Shown one piece after another: positions 12,778-53,189 of a stretch of 64,000 nucleotides of DNA (its first letter is position 1; each line of letters starts with the position of its first letter). Source of the stretch: Macrostomum lignano (lineage: Eukaryota); the NCBI GenBank assembly GCA_002269645.1, contig NIVC01000302.1, positions 564,303 to 628,302 on the forward strand. Reading direction: 5' to 3'. The position numbers and the translations under genes are program-made. The notes under the pieces are model-generated. The model made no database searches. It was not told where the DNA came from and saw nothing but the letters and a program-made list of their open reading frames with translations.

Positions 12778-14851
12778 CACAGCTTTCTTAGAAACGCATA
12801 GTGCCTACTTCCTGGAGGGGTGATGCTATTACTTCTTTTGCACTTGATTGAATGCATTTTGCTTGTGTATTGCAAATAAAAACATGGAAGGCCTTTCATA
12901 GAAATCTAGTGGCTCTCTAGATGCGTCTGAAGTTTCTTAGAAATCAGCAATAGTTTTCTTAGAAACACGCGCATGAATTCCTGTACGTTTCTTAGAAATC
13001 AGCCATAAGTTTTTTAGAAACACGCATGAATTCATGTACGTTTCTTAGAAACCAGCAATTTTTTTCTTAGAAACACGCATGAATTCCTGTACATTTCTTA
13101 GAAAGCATCAATAGTTTTCCTAGAAACACGCATGACTTTCTTGACAATTCTTAGAAACCCATTTTTAAAATATTCTAAAGAAAAAAAGAAGTTTTGAGAG
13201 AGAGAAGCGCAGCTTTCTTAGAAAGTGTTGATTCTTTTCATGAGTTTCTTGTACAAGTACTTAGTAGTGCCATGGCCAAAATGCAAGAACCAAGATGCAT
13301 TAGCAAGATTAGAATGTTTGATTTTCTATAGCACTGAATTCCCAAAATAACACCTTTTGAACTTTCGATATACGAATGAAGCAAGTTATGTCAGAGGTTG
13401 TTGCAGAGCTTAAAATACAACAATGTTTTATAAATGAGAGCATTTTTGGACAGCGCTGAAAGGTGTTCCGCCATGTACCTAATGGATTGAGAGAAAACAC
13501 ACTAAAGAGATTGCTTCACCTGTGTCCGTTTAACTTCAACAAAACCCGCATTCTATTTGGACAAGCTGACATTCGAGTTTTTTTAAATTGAAGGTGACCC
13601 AAAAGGTGTAGAATTTAATGAGAAAAATATCTAGTGCTATAATATACCAGCCCGTAGTCCATAAGTAAGGTATAGAAATGCGGGATTATCTTTCATAGAA
13701 CTCTGCCTTCTATTGAAATCACTGCACGCTCGTAAGAAATCGTGACTTTTGCCTTAGAGATAAACTCACGAAGATTTATTTTGGAATGGCTCGATCTTTA
13801 AGAAAAATTTTAATCTTCTCTGCATGCGGAAAATAATTTGAAACATATTTTTGCTGCAGCATCGCGGGGTGGAGCAGCTCAATGTCGGTCGAGTTCTGAA
13901 ATATTTTCTCAATCCTTACCCAAAATGTTTGTAAACCGCGAGGAAGTGTCTCCAAATATATGTAGATATTTCTGATTATCAGAGAGTCGAAAGCTTCAAA
14001 TATTGAAAATGTTCAAAAAACCTTCTATTCATTATGCGGGACGTTGAATTTCAGAAATTTCAGGGATTTTCCTGTTTTTATAGTAAAAATTATGGTTGAT
14101 GGCACCTGCCCTATTGGGCAGATGTGCAACCGACAGCTCAGCCGCAGCTATTGCGCGGCGCATCTGAAGGCTGCGTACGGCTGTTCAGTCCAAGGACTGG
14201 GAGGTCGTCACACACAGCCTCAATTACCCCAGCTAATGCTGGCACCCATTTTACAGCTGGGTGAACTGAAGCAATGCAGAGTTAAGTGGTCAGCGGAATG
14301 AGCAGAAATTGCCGCCAGCGCTGTTTGCGGGAGGATTTCGCCGAAAGCGTTGGGCCAGGATTCCCACTGCCCTTGCTGCGAATGCTTATATTTATTCACT
14401 CCTGTGTACTGCCAAAGGTATCCAAAATACAACTGAAAATCGTGTTAGAAAACCTGAACAAGTCCCATCACGCCAGCGGTCTCTGATGCATGTGGTTTTG
14501 GAGTTAGTCAACTTAGTAAATCGCACTCACATTAACTACAAAGAAGGTGAACTTGCACATCACGGATCCGAGTAGCCAGGAGTCCATCACGTACTGCAGG
14601 GTGGTGATGGGCACCGTGAGCGTCAGGAAGATCAGATCCGTGATGGCCAGGCCGGTACAGAAGATCTCGTACACCTGCTTGCTCTCGTTTCGGAGGAGCA
14701 CCACCAGCACGAAGACATTGGCCAGAATGCCGACAATGTCCACGCTGATGAACAGGCCGACAGCCAGCAGCAGGAACGGGTCGCTCTGTCGGGTTTGATT
14801 AGCAAAGCTGTCGTTATCGACACTCGACAGGCTCGAGACGGTGGTTGCCAT
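1309..14851 (-). CDS. Class A (rhodopsin-like) neuropeptide GPCR, galanin/allatostatin-A receptor-like; 4 coding exons, 397 aa
   Basis: Exons 14851-14531, 9422-9290, 4766-4567, 1848-1309 join in frame (phases 0,1,0; 1194 nt) with GT..AG introns. Motifs: TM1 GILAN, TM2 LAITDL, TM3 C...SRFLAVVHP, TM4 AW..GA..SIP, ECL2 Cys, TM5 FSYVLP, TM6 CWFP, TM7 NPIVY, helix 8 SFR. Subfamily is a recalled resemblance, not a search result. Confidence 0.92.
1849..2430. repeat. 36-bp minisatellite CTGGGATTGGGGAAAAGTGGATTGCTAGTCTGTGCT (GPCR intron 3)
   Basis: About 16 copies; the terminal copy supplies the exon 4 acceptor. Confidence 0.95.
2993..3275. repeat. 11-bp minisatellite TTTGTGAATGG
   Basis: About 25 copies. 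Confidence 0.95.
4183..4535. repeat. ~30-bp G-rich minisatellite GCCAGCCCCAAAGTGACTGAGGGGGAGGGGAG
   Basis: About 11 copies next to the GPCR exon 3 donor. Confidence 0.9.
4567..4766 (-). CDS. GPCR exon 3 (TM4-ECL2-TM5)
   Basis: TTTGCAG|(F)GAIVSIPNP...YVCQD...FSYVLPFFAIVVMNCLIVRKLKRE|GTGAGA. Confidence 0.9.
4855..5120. repeat. 24-bp minisatellite CTCCTGACACTAGTTCTGGGGCTA
   Basis: About 10 copies. Confidence 0.9.
5555..7490. repeat. 22-bp minisatellite GCAACTCCCCCATGGCATCTCA
   Basis: About 1.9 kb; source of three spurious >600-aa ORFs. Confidence 0.95.
8478..9137. repeat. 17-bp purine-rich minisatellite GGAAGCGGAAGGGAAGA/AAA
   Basis: About 38 copies. Confidence 0.95.
9290..9422 (-). CDS. GPCR exon 2 (TM3-ICL2-TM4); not in the ORF track
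   Basis: TTCCAG|MTVVSSATMLLGLTSSRFLAVVHPWENRKINPARAKIACLVAWI|GTGAGC. Confidence 0.9.
9490..10430. repeat. 20-bp minisatellite CTTCACAGACCACCACATAC with degenerate ACCTTCACA flanks
   Basis: Homogeneous core about 9835-10380. Confidence 0.9.
11349..11868. repeat. 20-bp minisatellite TACTCTCCCTCACTCTCTGC
   Basis: About 26 copies. Confidence 0.95.
12450..13225. repeat. Local ~200-bp duplication plus degenerate TTCTTAGAAA-based repeat and (GA)n
   Basis: 12455-12650 recurs at about 12783-13000, separated by (GA)n. Confidence 0.8.
14085..14380 (-). mobile_element. CORE-SINE-like (MIR-core-like) fragment in GPCR intron 1
   Basis: 14245-14288 CCCATTTTACAGCTGGGTGAACTGAAGCAATGCAGAGTTAAGTG resembles the recalled MIR core CCCATTTTACAGATGAGGAAACTGAGGC...GGTTAAGTG; hairpin CTGCCC-TATT-GGGCAG near 14105 at the putative tail; tRNA head not clear. 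Confidence 0.55.
14531..14851 (-). CDS. GPCR exon 1 (N-terminus, TM1, TM2, start of TM3)
   Basis: MATTVSSLSS...CKFTFFVVN, then donor GTGAGT. Confidence 0.9.
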
Positions 14852-15357
14852 GGGGGAGAGTTGCTCTACTGCAGGATGGCTGGAGTCAGTTCGGGACAGT
14901 GGGGGCAGCGCGGAGGTCTGCCCGATGCCGTGGGTTTTTACTTGGCTGACGGACCAATCAGGACAGAGCAGCTGGGATTCCCTCTGGCACCGACTGCTGA
15001 CTGGCTGATTGAGTAGTACAAGAGTTCATTAGGACACAGAAATCCTCGCTCAACTTTTTCTTCCTTTAATTTACTGCCAATCGAAGCTCCCTTCTCCATT
15101 CGCCTACGCAAGGTTCACGATCCCCTTTGAATGCTTCCCCTGTCGGCCGTTCGAGCTCAAAGATTCCTTAATTACTCATCTTCTCTGCTCTATTATCTCT
15201 GTCTTTGTCTCGAAGCCCAAAAAAATCTTGTCGGTTATGAGCATTCACGGGCAGTTAAGAGCGAACTGCAGTGAATCAAATTAATTGTCAATTTTCCAGC
15301 TACTAAGCTGCCGCACCAGTCACTTTTCTTTGTGAGTACTTTAATAGGGTGAACATC

Positions 15358-15947
15358 TCCCAATGCAGAGTCCATCTTTCTCATGGCTTGATCTGCTCCT
15401 ACCGATGCAGAGTCCATCTTTCTCATGGCTTGATCTGCTCCTGCCGATGCAGAGTCCATCTTTCTCATGGCTTGCTCTGCTCCTGCCGATGCAGAGTCCA
15501 TCTTTCTCATGGCTTGATCTGCTCCTGCCGATGCAGAGTCCATCTTTCTCATGGCTTGCTCTGCTCCTGCCGATGCAGAGTCCATCTTTCTCATGGCTTG
15601 CTCTGCTCCTCCCAATGCAGAGTCCATCTTTCTCATGGCTTGATCTGCTCCTCCCAATGCAGAGTCCATCTTTCTCATGGCTTGATCTGCTCATCCCGAT
15701 GCAGAGTCCATCTTTCTCATGGCTTGATCTGCTCCTCCCAATGCAGAGTCCATCTTTCTCATGGCTTGCTCTGCTCCTCCCAATGCAGAGTCCATCTTTC
15801 TCATGGCTTGATCTGCTCATCCCGATGCAGAGTCCATCTTTCTCATGGCTTGATCTGCTCCTCCCGATGCAGAGTCCATCTTTCTCATGGCTTGCTCTGC
15901 TCCTCCCAATGCAGAGTCCATCTTTCTCATGGCTTGATCTGCTCCTC
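15358..15947. repeat. 42-bp minisatellite GATGCAGAGTCCATCTTTCTCATGGCTTGATCTGCTCCTGCC
   Basis: About 14 copies. Confidence 0.95.
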
Positions 15948-16779
15948 ATTACTCGTACACACAGTCCTCACTTTTCAAGCGCTCAATTGTAAACGCAATA
16001 CTTACAATTTAACGATCTTAAATCTCCATAAAAATGCGTTGATGCAGCTCAAGCGCTCCTTGAACCATCACAATATGCAGTAACTGCCGGCCACCGTAAA
16101 CCTCTCAGACAATATTGATAATAAAAATACGAAATAGGCACAAGCTGAATAACAATACATGTAGCCTGCTGAAGTAGCAAAATGCAAAGATTGCAAGCAA
16201 TCAAGTTGTAAAAAGAGAGTAACAGTCATACAGGAATAGCACTTTGCCTACTTTAGTCTGAGCACACTGACTATCAAATCGATGTTGAACTTTATAGTCA
16301 TCAATCATCTTGCAGCACCTGAAAGGATGAAGCGCCTGCACGGCGCTCCCAGCCTCCCCCCTCTCTCTCCCACATCTCTCGCGCTCTTTCCTTCCGCAAC
16401 AGAGCTGGCGGCAAACAAAACTCCCAGAACCCGTCACAGCAGCATCACGGAGTCGCCATCCGGCCAGGCAGCTGACAGGCCCCCGACCCAATCCCAGGCT
16501 TTCCGTCCGGCCCTGTCACCTCTGACCCGCTGGCCAGGGACTTCGCAATAAGTGTTGTCATGACAACAAGAAGTCCCTCCGTGCAGTATAAATCTATGCG
16601 CAACTTATTCTCAATGAAAATCGATGCATCCAATCAATTTGTTTCGATGCACTAAATTGTACGCAATGGATGAAAGTAAAATTAGGTGAAGTAATTTAGG
16701 CGTAAGAAGGAATTGGGAAGCCTATGGTTTGCAAAAGTTGATGCTAGACACTACAGCAGAGGTATTATATTATTATGCG

Positions 16780-17445
16780 TATAGACAGACACTGAGACAC
16801 ACAGACAGACACCGAGACACACAAAGAAAGACACCGAGGCACACAAGACACCGAGAGACAAAAAGACAAAAACCGAGACACACAAAGACAGACATCGAGA
16901 CACACAAAGACAGACATCGAGACACACAAAGAAAGACACCGAGGCACACAAGACACCGAGAGACAAAAAGACAAAAACCGAGACACACAAAGACAGACAT
17001 CGAGACACACAAAGACAGACATCGAGACACACAAAGACAGACATCGAGACACACAAAGACAGACACCGAGACACACAAATAAAGACATCGAGACACACAA
17101 AGGCAGATACTGAGACACACAAATAAAGACACCGAGACACACAAATAAAGACATCGAGACACACAAAGGCAGACACCGAGACACACAAATAAAGACACCG
17201 AGACACGCAAAGACAGACACCGAGACACACAAATAGACACAGAGACACACAAAGACAGACACAGAGACACACAAAGACAGACACAGAGACACACAAAGAC
17301 AGACACAGAGACACACAAAGACAGACACAGAGACACACAAAGACAGACACAGAGACACACAAAGACAGACACAGAGACACACAAAGACAGACACAGAGAC
17401 ACACAAATAGACACAGAGACACGCAAAGACAGACACCAAGACACA
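16780..17445. repeat. 22-bp minisatellite GACACACAAAGACAGACACAGA
   Basis: About 30 copies. Confidence 0.9.
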
Positions 17446-18384
17446 TACGAGCTATAGAATGTGCTTCAGCCGTTCGCAAGCAAGTATTCTATCTCAGATT
17501 CTCACAACATGGTCCGCATAAAAGTACAAACGAAAAAAGCAGGAATTTCCTATTTCCAAAATTCACCTGAGCGCAATTCATCATATCGCAGGTGTGACGT
17601 CATATTCTATTTAATTATAGACTAGCCTTCGAGAAACAATTTCAACACTAGAAGGCCCTTGTGGAGGCAGAAAAGGCAGTGGTTGATTCCGATAGACACT
17701 CGGCAGGCAGTGAGGGCTTCATTAGCCAGGAATTAGTGGCCGAATCGCGCATACAGATCTAGCAGTGTCCGATCCGCCCACATGCTTCATAACTGAGAGG
17801 CCTCCACTCAAAGACAGACTGCCAATTAATACCGTAGAAGCTTGAATTGTCCAGTTTGAGCTCGAGTTGAGAGACAGAAGGGGGAGCTGAGCAGCCCGTC
17901 ACCAGCTGAGTCCGCCTCCGAATGTGTGTTAGATTGCTTCTACATCTCTAGGAAATGCGATATCCGGCAAGCAGATTCTGAGAAATCGCCCGCAGATGGC
18001 GCCCAGTTCTGTCAGTTCCACCGCCGAAAAAAAAATAAATGAACAAGAAAAAGACACTGAGCCAAAATCTACATTTTACTAAATTTGCATATCAGTGGGA
18101 GAAAGATGGAACTGGCTCTGCTGCTGCATCCGATTGAGAAATGTCTGTTGCACAGATTCCCGCTAAACAGCATGGCTGCCGCTGATGGGCAGCAAGAGGA
18201 ACTGCTAGCTAAAAAGACAAGATTAGAGATTTTCTTCTTCTTCTTCTTGTTACTTTCGGCAGGCAGATGCTATCTCAATCCGTCAGTGCCAAAATCTCCG
18301 CGGAAGCAGCCACTGACTGAATCCGGGAAGCGGAAGTCGAATGCACTTCTGATGAACGTCAGGACATTGCTATATCAAGCTCGT

Positions 18385-19582
18385 GTGAGGCTGGCCCAGC
18401 AACTGAAGATCTGGGAGGCTGGCCCAGCAACTGAGGATCAGGGAGGCTGGCCCAGCGACTGAGGATCTGGGAGGCTGGCCCAGAGACTGAGGATCTGGGA
18501 GGCTGGCCCAGCGACTGAGGATCTGGGAGGCTGGCCCAGCGACTGAGGATCTGGGAGGCTGGCCCAGCAACTGAGGATCTGGGAGGCTGGCCCAGCAACT
18601 GAGGATCTGGGAGGCTGGCCCAGCAACTGAGGATCTGGGAGGCTGGCCCAGCAACTGAGGATCAGGGAGGCTGGCCCAGCGACTGAGGATCTGGGAGGCT
18701 GGCCCAGCGACTGAGGATCTGGGAGGCTGGCCCAGCAACTGAGGATCTGGGAGGCTGGCCCCAGCAACTGAGGATCTGGGAGGCTGGCCCCAGCAACTGA
18801 GGATCTGGGAGGCTGGCCCAGCAACTGAGGATCTGGGAGGCTGGCCCCAGCAACTGAGGATCTGGGAGGCTGGCCCAGCAACTGAGGATCTGGGAGGCTG
18901 GCCCCAGCAACTGAGGATCTGGGAGGCTGGCCCAGCAACGGAGGATCTGGGAGGCTGGCGGTGGCCCAGCAACTGAGGATCTGGGAGGCTGGCGGTGGCC
19001 CAGCAGCTGAGGATCTGGGAGGCTGGCGGTGGCCCAGCAACTGAGGATCTGGGAGGCTGGCCCAGCGACTGAGGATCTGGGAGGCTGGCCCAGCAACTGA
19101 CACTCTGGGAGGCTGGCCCAGCAACTGACACTCTGGGAGGCTGGCCCAGCAACTGACACTCTGAGAGGCTGGCCCAGCAACTGACACTCTGGGAGGCTGG
19201 CCCAGCAACTGACACTCTGGGAGGCTGGCCCAGCAACTGAGGATCTGGGAGGCTGGTAGCACACCAACTGAGGAGTCTGGGAGGCTGGCCCAGCAACTGA
19301 CACTCTGGGAGGCTGGCCTAGCAACTGACACTCTGGGAGGCTGGCCCAGCAACTGACACTCTGGGAGGCTGGCCCAGCAACTGACACTCTGGGAGGCTGG
19401 CCCAGCAACTGAGGATCTGGGAGGCTGGCCCAGCGACTGAGGATCTGGGAGGCTGGCCCAGCGACTGATGATCTGGGAGGCTGGCCCAGCAACTGAGGAT
19501 CTGGGAGGCTGGCCCAGCAACTGAGGATCTGGGAGGCTGGCCCAGCGACTGAGGATCTAAGAGGCAGGCCCAGCAACTGAGG
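18385..19582. repeat. 28-bp minisatellite CTGAGGATCTGGGAGGCTGGCCCAGCAA (array A)
   Basis: About 42 copies in variant domains. Confidence 0.95.
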
Positions 19583-19857
19583 CGTATAACTGAAGTACGC
19601 AAGTGCGACGTTTATTTGCACATTTTGTCCCAATTCACTCAGTAAATAGTCGTTACAATCCTTACGGACAATTTTTTAAGTAACAAATACCGAAAATGAA
19701 CACAGAATCATTTGCTTTTCAATTTCTTGGGCTTTGAGAAATGCATGGCTGCAATGGCATATTAGTTATGGTATATTTGCAGAGCGCAAAGTTAAGCTGA
19801 AACTTGGCGACAGCCAAAACAGATTCTAGCAACTGAGTCTGCTAAGCTGTCAATCAA

Positions 19858-21317
19858 TCAATCAATGTCATCAGGTGTCTCCTCCAGGCCGTAATCCAGC
19901 TTTGTTGCCTCTGTCTCATTTAGTTCTGAAGTGATAATTATTCAAAAATGTACTCAAAAAGGAGTTGAGAGGGCGATTCTCAAAGGGCGATTCTAAAGTG
20001 CGATTTTCAAAGGGCGATTCTAAAGTGCGATTCTCAAAGGGCGATTCTCAAAGGGCGATTCTCAAAGGGCGATTCTCAAAGGGCGATTCTCAAAGGGCGA
20101 TTCTCAAAGGGCGATTCTCAAAGGGCGATTCTCACAGGGCGATTCTAAAGTGCGATTCTCAAAGGACGATTCTCAAAGGGCGATTCTCACAGGGCGATTC
20201 TAAAGTGCGATTTTAAAGAGCGATTCTCAAAGGGCGATTCTCAAAGGGCGATTCTCACAGGGCGATTCTAAATAGCGATTCTCAAAGGGCGATTCTCAAA
20301 GGGCGATTCTCACAGGGCGATTCTAAAGTGCGATTCTCAAAGGACGATTCTCAAAGGGCGATTCTCACAGGGCGATTCTAAAGTGCGATTTTAAAGTGCG
20401 ATTCTCAAAGGGCGATTCTCAAAGGGCAATTCTCACAGGGCGATTCTAAATAGCGATTCTCAAAGGGCGATTCTCAAAGGGCGATTCTAAAGTGCGATTC
20501 TCAAAGGACGATTCTAAAGAGCGATTCTCAAAGGGCGATTCTCAAAGGGCGATTCTCAAAGGGCGATTCTAAAGAGCGATTCTCAAAGGGCGATTCTCAA
20601 AGGGCGATTCTAAAGTGCGATTTTAAAGAGCGATTCTCAAAGGGCGATTCTCAAAGGGCGATTCTAAAGAGCGATTCTCAAAGGGCGATTCTCAAAGGGC
20701 AATTCTCACAGGGCGATTCTAAATAGCGATTCTCAAAGGGCGATTCTCACAGGGCGATTCTAAAGTGCGATTTTAAAGAGCGATTCTCAAAGGGCGATTC
20801 TCAAAGGGCAATTCTCACAGGGCGATTCTAAATAGCGATTCTCAAAGGGCGATTCTCACAGGGCGATTCTAAAGTGCGATTTTAAAGAGCGATTCTCAAA
20901 GGGCGATTCTCAAAGGGCGATTCTCAAAGGGCGATTCTCAAATGGCGATTCTAAAGAGCGATTCTCAAAGGGCGATTCTCAAAGGGCGATTCTAAAGAGC
21001 GATTCTAAAGTGCGATTCTAAAGAGTGATTCTCAAAGGGCGATTCTCAAAGGGCGATTCTCAAAGGGCGATTCTCAAAGGGCGATTCTCACAGGGCGATT
21101 CTCACAGGGCGATTCTAAAGTGCGATTGTCAAAGTGCGATTCTCAATTGAAACCCACCTTTTGACAGCATAGCGTTAACATCCTGCTGAATAGCCCGACA
21201 GTTCTCGATGACCTTCTTGTAGTCGCAGGCGCCCTGGTCATCGCCAATGACGCGGTCCAACTTTTTAACAGCATCTGAGCCGGAGTTCAGCGAGATGCTG
21301 ATCTGAACTGCCGACAT
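19858..21317 (-). CDS. Small 2-exon gene, 75-aa protein, tentatively GON7-like (KEOPS/EKC subunit)
   Basis: Exon 21317-21158 (MSAVQISISLNSGSDAVKKLDRVIGDDQGACDYKKVIENCRAIQQDVNAMLSK, donor AG|GTGGGT) splices in phase 1 to exon 19925-19858 (acceptor TCACTTCAG; ELNETEATKLDYGLEETPDDID*). The exons are non-repetitive islands between arrays. Gene existence is better supported than the family call. Confidence 0.6.
19968..21145. repeat. 14-bp minisatellite GCGATTCTCAAAGG (intron of the GON7-like gene)
   Basis: About 80 copies. Confidence 0.95.
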
Positions 21318-21367
21318 TGCAGCAGTTCCGGATGGGAAGGATTAGTGAGGGTTTCGATGGGAGATTA

Positions 21368-22270
21368 GATAGCGATTCTAGATAGGTGATTCTAGATAGG
21401 TGATTCTAGATGGGTGATTCTAGATAGGTGATTCTAGATGGGCGATTCTAGATAGGTGATTCTAGATGGGTGATTCTAGATAGGCGATTCTAGATAGGCG
21501 ATTCAAGATGGGATATTCTAGATGAGTGATTCTAGATGGGTGATTCTAGATGGGAGATTCTAGATGGGAGATTCTAGATAGGAAATTCTAGATGGGCGAT
21601 TCTAGATGGGCGATTCTAGATGGGAGATTCTAGATGGGCGATTCTAGATGGGCGATTCTAGATGGGCGATTCTAGATGGGAGATTCTAGATGGGAGATTC
21701 TAGATGGGCGATTCTAGATGGGCGATTCTAGATGGGCGATTCTAGATGGGCGATTCTAGATGGGAGATTCTAGATGGGCGGTTCTAGATGGGCGATTCTA
21801 GATGGGCGATTCTTGATGGGCGATTCTAGATGGGCGATTCTAGATGGGCGATTCTAGATGGGCGATTCTAGATGGGCGATTCTACATGTAGATGGGCGAT
21901 TCTAGATAGGTGATTCTAGATGGGTGATTCTAGATGGGCGATTCTAGATGGGCGATTCTACATGTAGATGGGTGATTCTAGATGGGAGATTCTAGATGGG
22001 AGATTCTAGATGGGAGATTCTAGATGGGAGATTCTAGATGGGGGATTCTAGATGGGAGATTCTAGATGGGAGATTCTAGATGGGCGATTCTAGATGGGAG
22101 ATTCTAGATGGGCGATTCTAGATGGGAGATTCTAGATGGGAGATTCTAGATGGGAGATTCTAGATGGGCGATTCTAGATGGGCGATTCTAGATGGGGGAT
22201 TCTAGATGGGTGATTCTAGATGGGTGATTCTAGATGGGTGATTCTAGATGGGTGATTCTAGATGGGTGAT
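21368..22270. repeat. 14-bp minisatellite GCGATTCTAGATGG
   Basis: About 64 copies; shares GGGCGATTCT with the previous array. Confidence 0.95.
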
Positions 22271-22661
22271 GATTTAGAACTTATCTCAGAAGTCCGTTTC
22301 TATAAAAAGACAAAATAATCAACACGACACTGCAAAGCCAACTAAATTCAAGTAAAGCATAGTTTATTAGTCATAAAAGTAAAAGATTAACTAAATTTTT
22401 GGTCAGAATTTCGCAGTAACTTATTGGAATGTGGCCCAAGGATGCCTAGAAATGTTTAAGAGTGCACAAAGGCTGAGTAAAAAAGGTTACAGACCACAGC
22501 ATGAGCTCACAACAATTTGGATCAAAAATGTTTAAAATTATAAAATCACAGCCCAGATTAAAAAAATTCATTCAAAAATGGGCAAAGAAGATCTTTAAAT
22601 TGAAATTGGAGCCGTGTAGCCCGGGGTCATGGATGCTGCATGGACTGCTGTGTGCAGCCTT

Positions 22662-22992
22662 GGCTGAGGATCTGAGAATCTGGGAGGCTGGCCCAGCAAC
22701 TGAGGATCTGGGAAGCTGGCCTAGCAACTGACACTCTGGGAGGCTGGCCCAGCAACTGAGGATCTGGGAAGCTGGCCTAGCAACTGAGGATCTGGGAGGC
22801 TGGCCCAGCAACTGAGGATCTGGGAAGCTGGCCTAGCAACTGAGGATCTGGGAGGCTGGCCCAGCAACTGAGGATCTGGGAGGCTGGCCCAGCAAGCGAG
22901 GATCTGGGAGGCTGGCCCAGCAACTGAGGATCTGGGAGGCTGGCCCAGCAAGCGAGGATCTGGGAGGCTGGCCCAGCAACTGAGGATCTGGG
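22662..22992. repeat. 28-bp minisatellite, same family as 18385-19582 (array B)
   Basis: About 12 copies, same orientation. Confidence 0.95.
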
Positions 22993-23624
22993 GTTGGTCT
23001 GCCTAACAGACTCGGGCACACAGTTAGAACATTAAAAGACAAAAAAGAATCCAGTTATTCATCCAGTGTGACACTAATTAATAAAGTGTGCATCGCAGAC
23101 TCCCTCAGTCTTGAGTCGCCGGATTTCAGTTTATCCCTCAGCCGATTGTCCAATTAAAGGTAAGCACATAAGACAGGCATTTATATTGTAATTAATAATC
23201 ATAATTCAGGATATCTAAACCTAATCAAGTAAGAGTTCAAAACGTCATATAAATAGTAAAAATCCAGATTATCGAACTTCTCAAGATTTGAGTAATAGCC
23301 AAATATGTACATACACATTAACAGCCATTTGTATAATAAGCAGTTGATATAAACATCAGCACAATAGTTTTCTGGCTAAGTTAGAAAATTCAATAAATCA
23401 GGTTAAATTAATGTAGTATCGCTTGATCAAAATTAAGAATATCTAATAAATATTTTATTGACACAGCCACTTGGAGCCAGCCCACGGTGGGATAAATATG
23501 TTTAATTAGATTGTATTGTTTAATAGCTAAAATAAAAAATAAAAAGTTCATTTTAAATTTAAATATAGCAGCTCAAGAAGGCTAGCGGCTTCGAACTTTG
23601 AGATGACCGAATTTTGTTCCTGGG

Positions 23625-52481
<28,857 letters not shown>

Positions 52482-53189
52482 TTATCTTCTTAAAGCATAC
52501 GACGGTTATTATGAGCTCATTATGGGATATTATGGGTAATGTGACCAATGTGACCTCAGGAATTCCTGAAAAACGACGCTGTTAAAAAATTGTGCGACAA
52601 AAACAGCATGCCTAAAAAGCATTAAAAATTAAGAGTTTCAAGAAATGAGTATATTATTTCGTAACATTCTGACAGTTTTTACATCATTTATACACAGTAT
52701 ACTATATATTATTATCACATTTTGTTAATCATAACACCACCGGAAAATTGCATCTATAAACTGTTTTTACTGATTCAGTAATCATCATATTTTTCGGGTT
52801 TATTTGCATGTACAGTTTTGCTATTGAGTAAGGTACATTTGCTGTCCGAGGTACTTTTTACTCAAGTGAAAATCAAGGATCACTAGCTGCTAGTATATCT
52901 GCTAGTGTACTGCTAGTGGTCCTTGGTGGAATTCGAGAGCGACGCACACACAGACCGTACCAGTACACATGTAGAGACCAGTGATATGTCAAATCGATCA
53001 TGTCTCTGACGTTTTCCTGTTTGTAGCCTGACTTTATCAACATGGATGTATCCCCCTAAAAAGTTTTCATTTTTTACATTATTTAAACACACTTTTTATT
53101 GTCTCGTCCTACGTACATCGTAATCACGTGGTAGATTTTTTACGAGGATGTGTCCTTTTTTCGAAATGAATCTTGTACATTGAGTCAGC

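Noticed and set aside
13863-13878. CGCGGGGTGGAGCAGC, identical to the recalled 5' end of bacterial initiator tRNA
   Set aside because: Only 16 nt; no anticodon arm, T arm or acceptor-stem partner follows.
17595-17602. Palindromic CRE TGACGTCA upstream of the GPCR
   Set aside because: About one such 8-mer is expected by chance in 64 kb; no supporting context.
17950-18384. GC-richer unique stretch with splice-like signals on both strands (possible exons)
   Set aside because: No consistent multi-exon frame or recognisable protein could be assembled on either strand.
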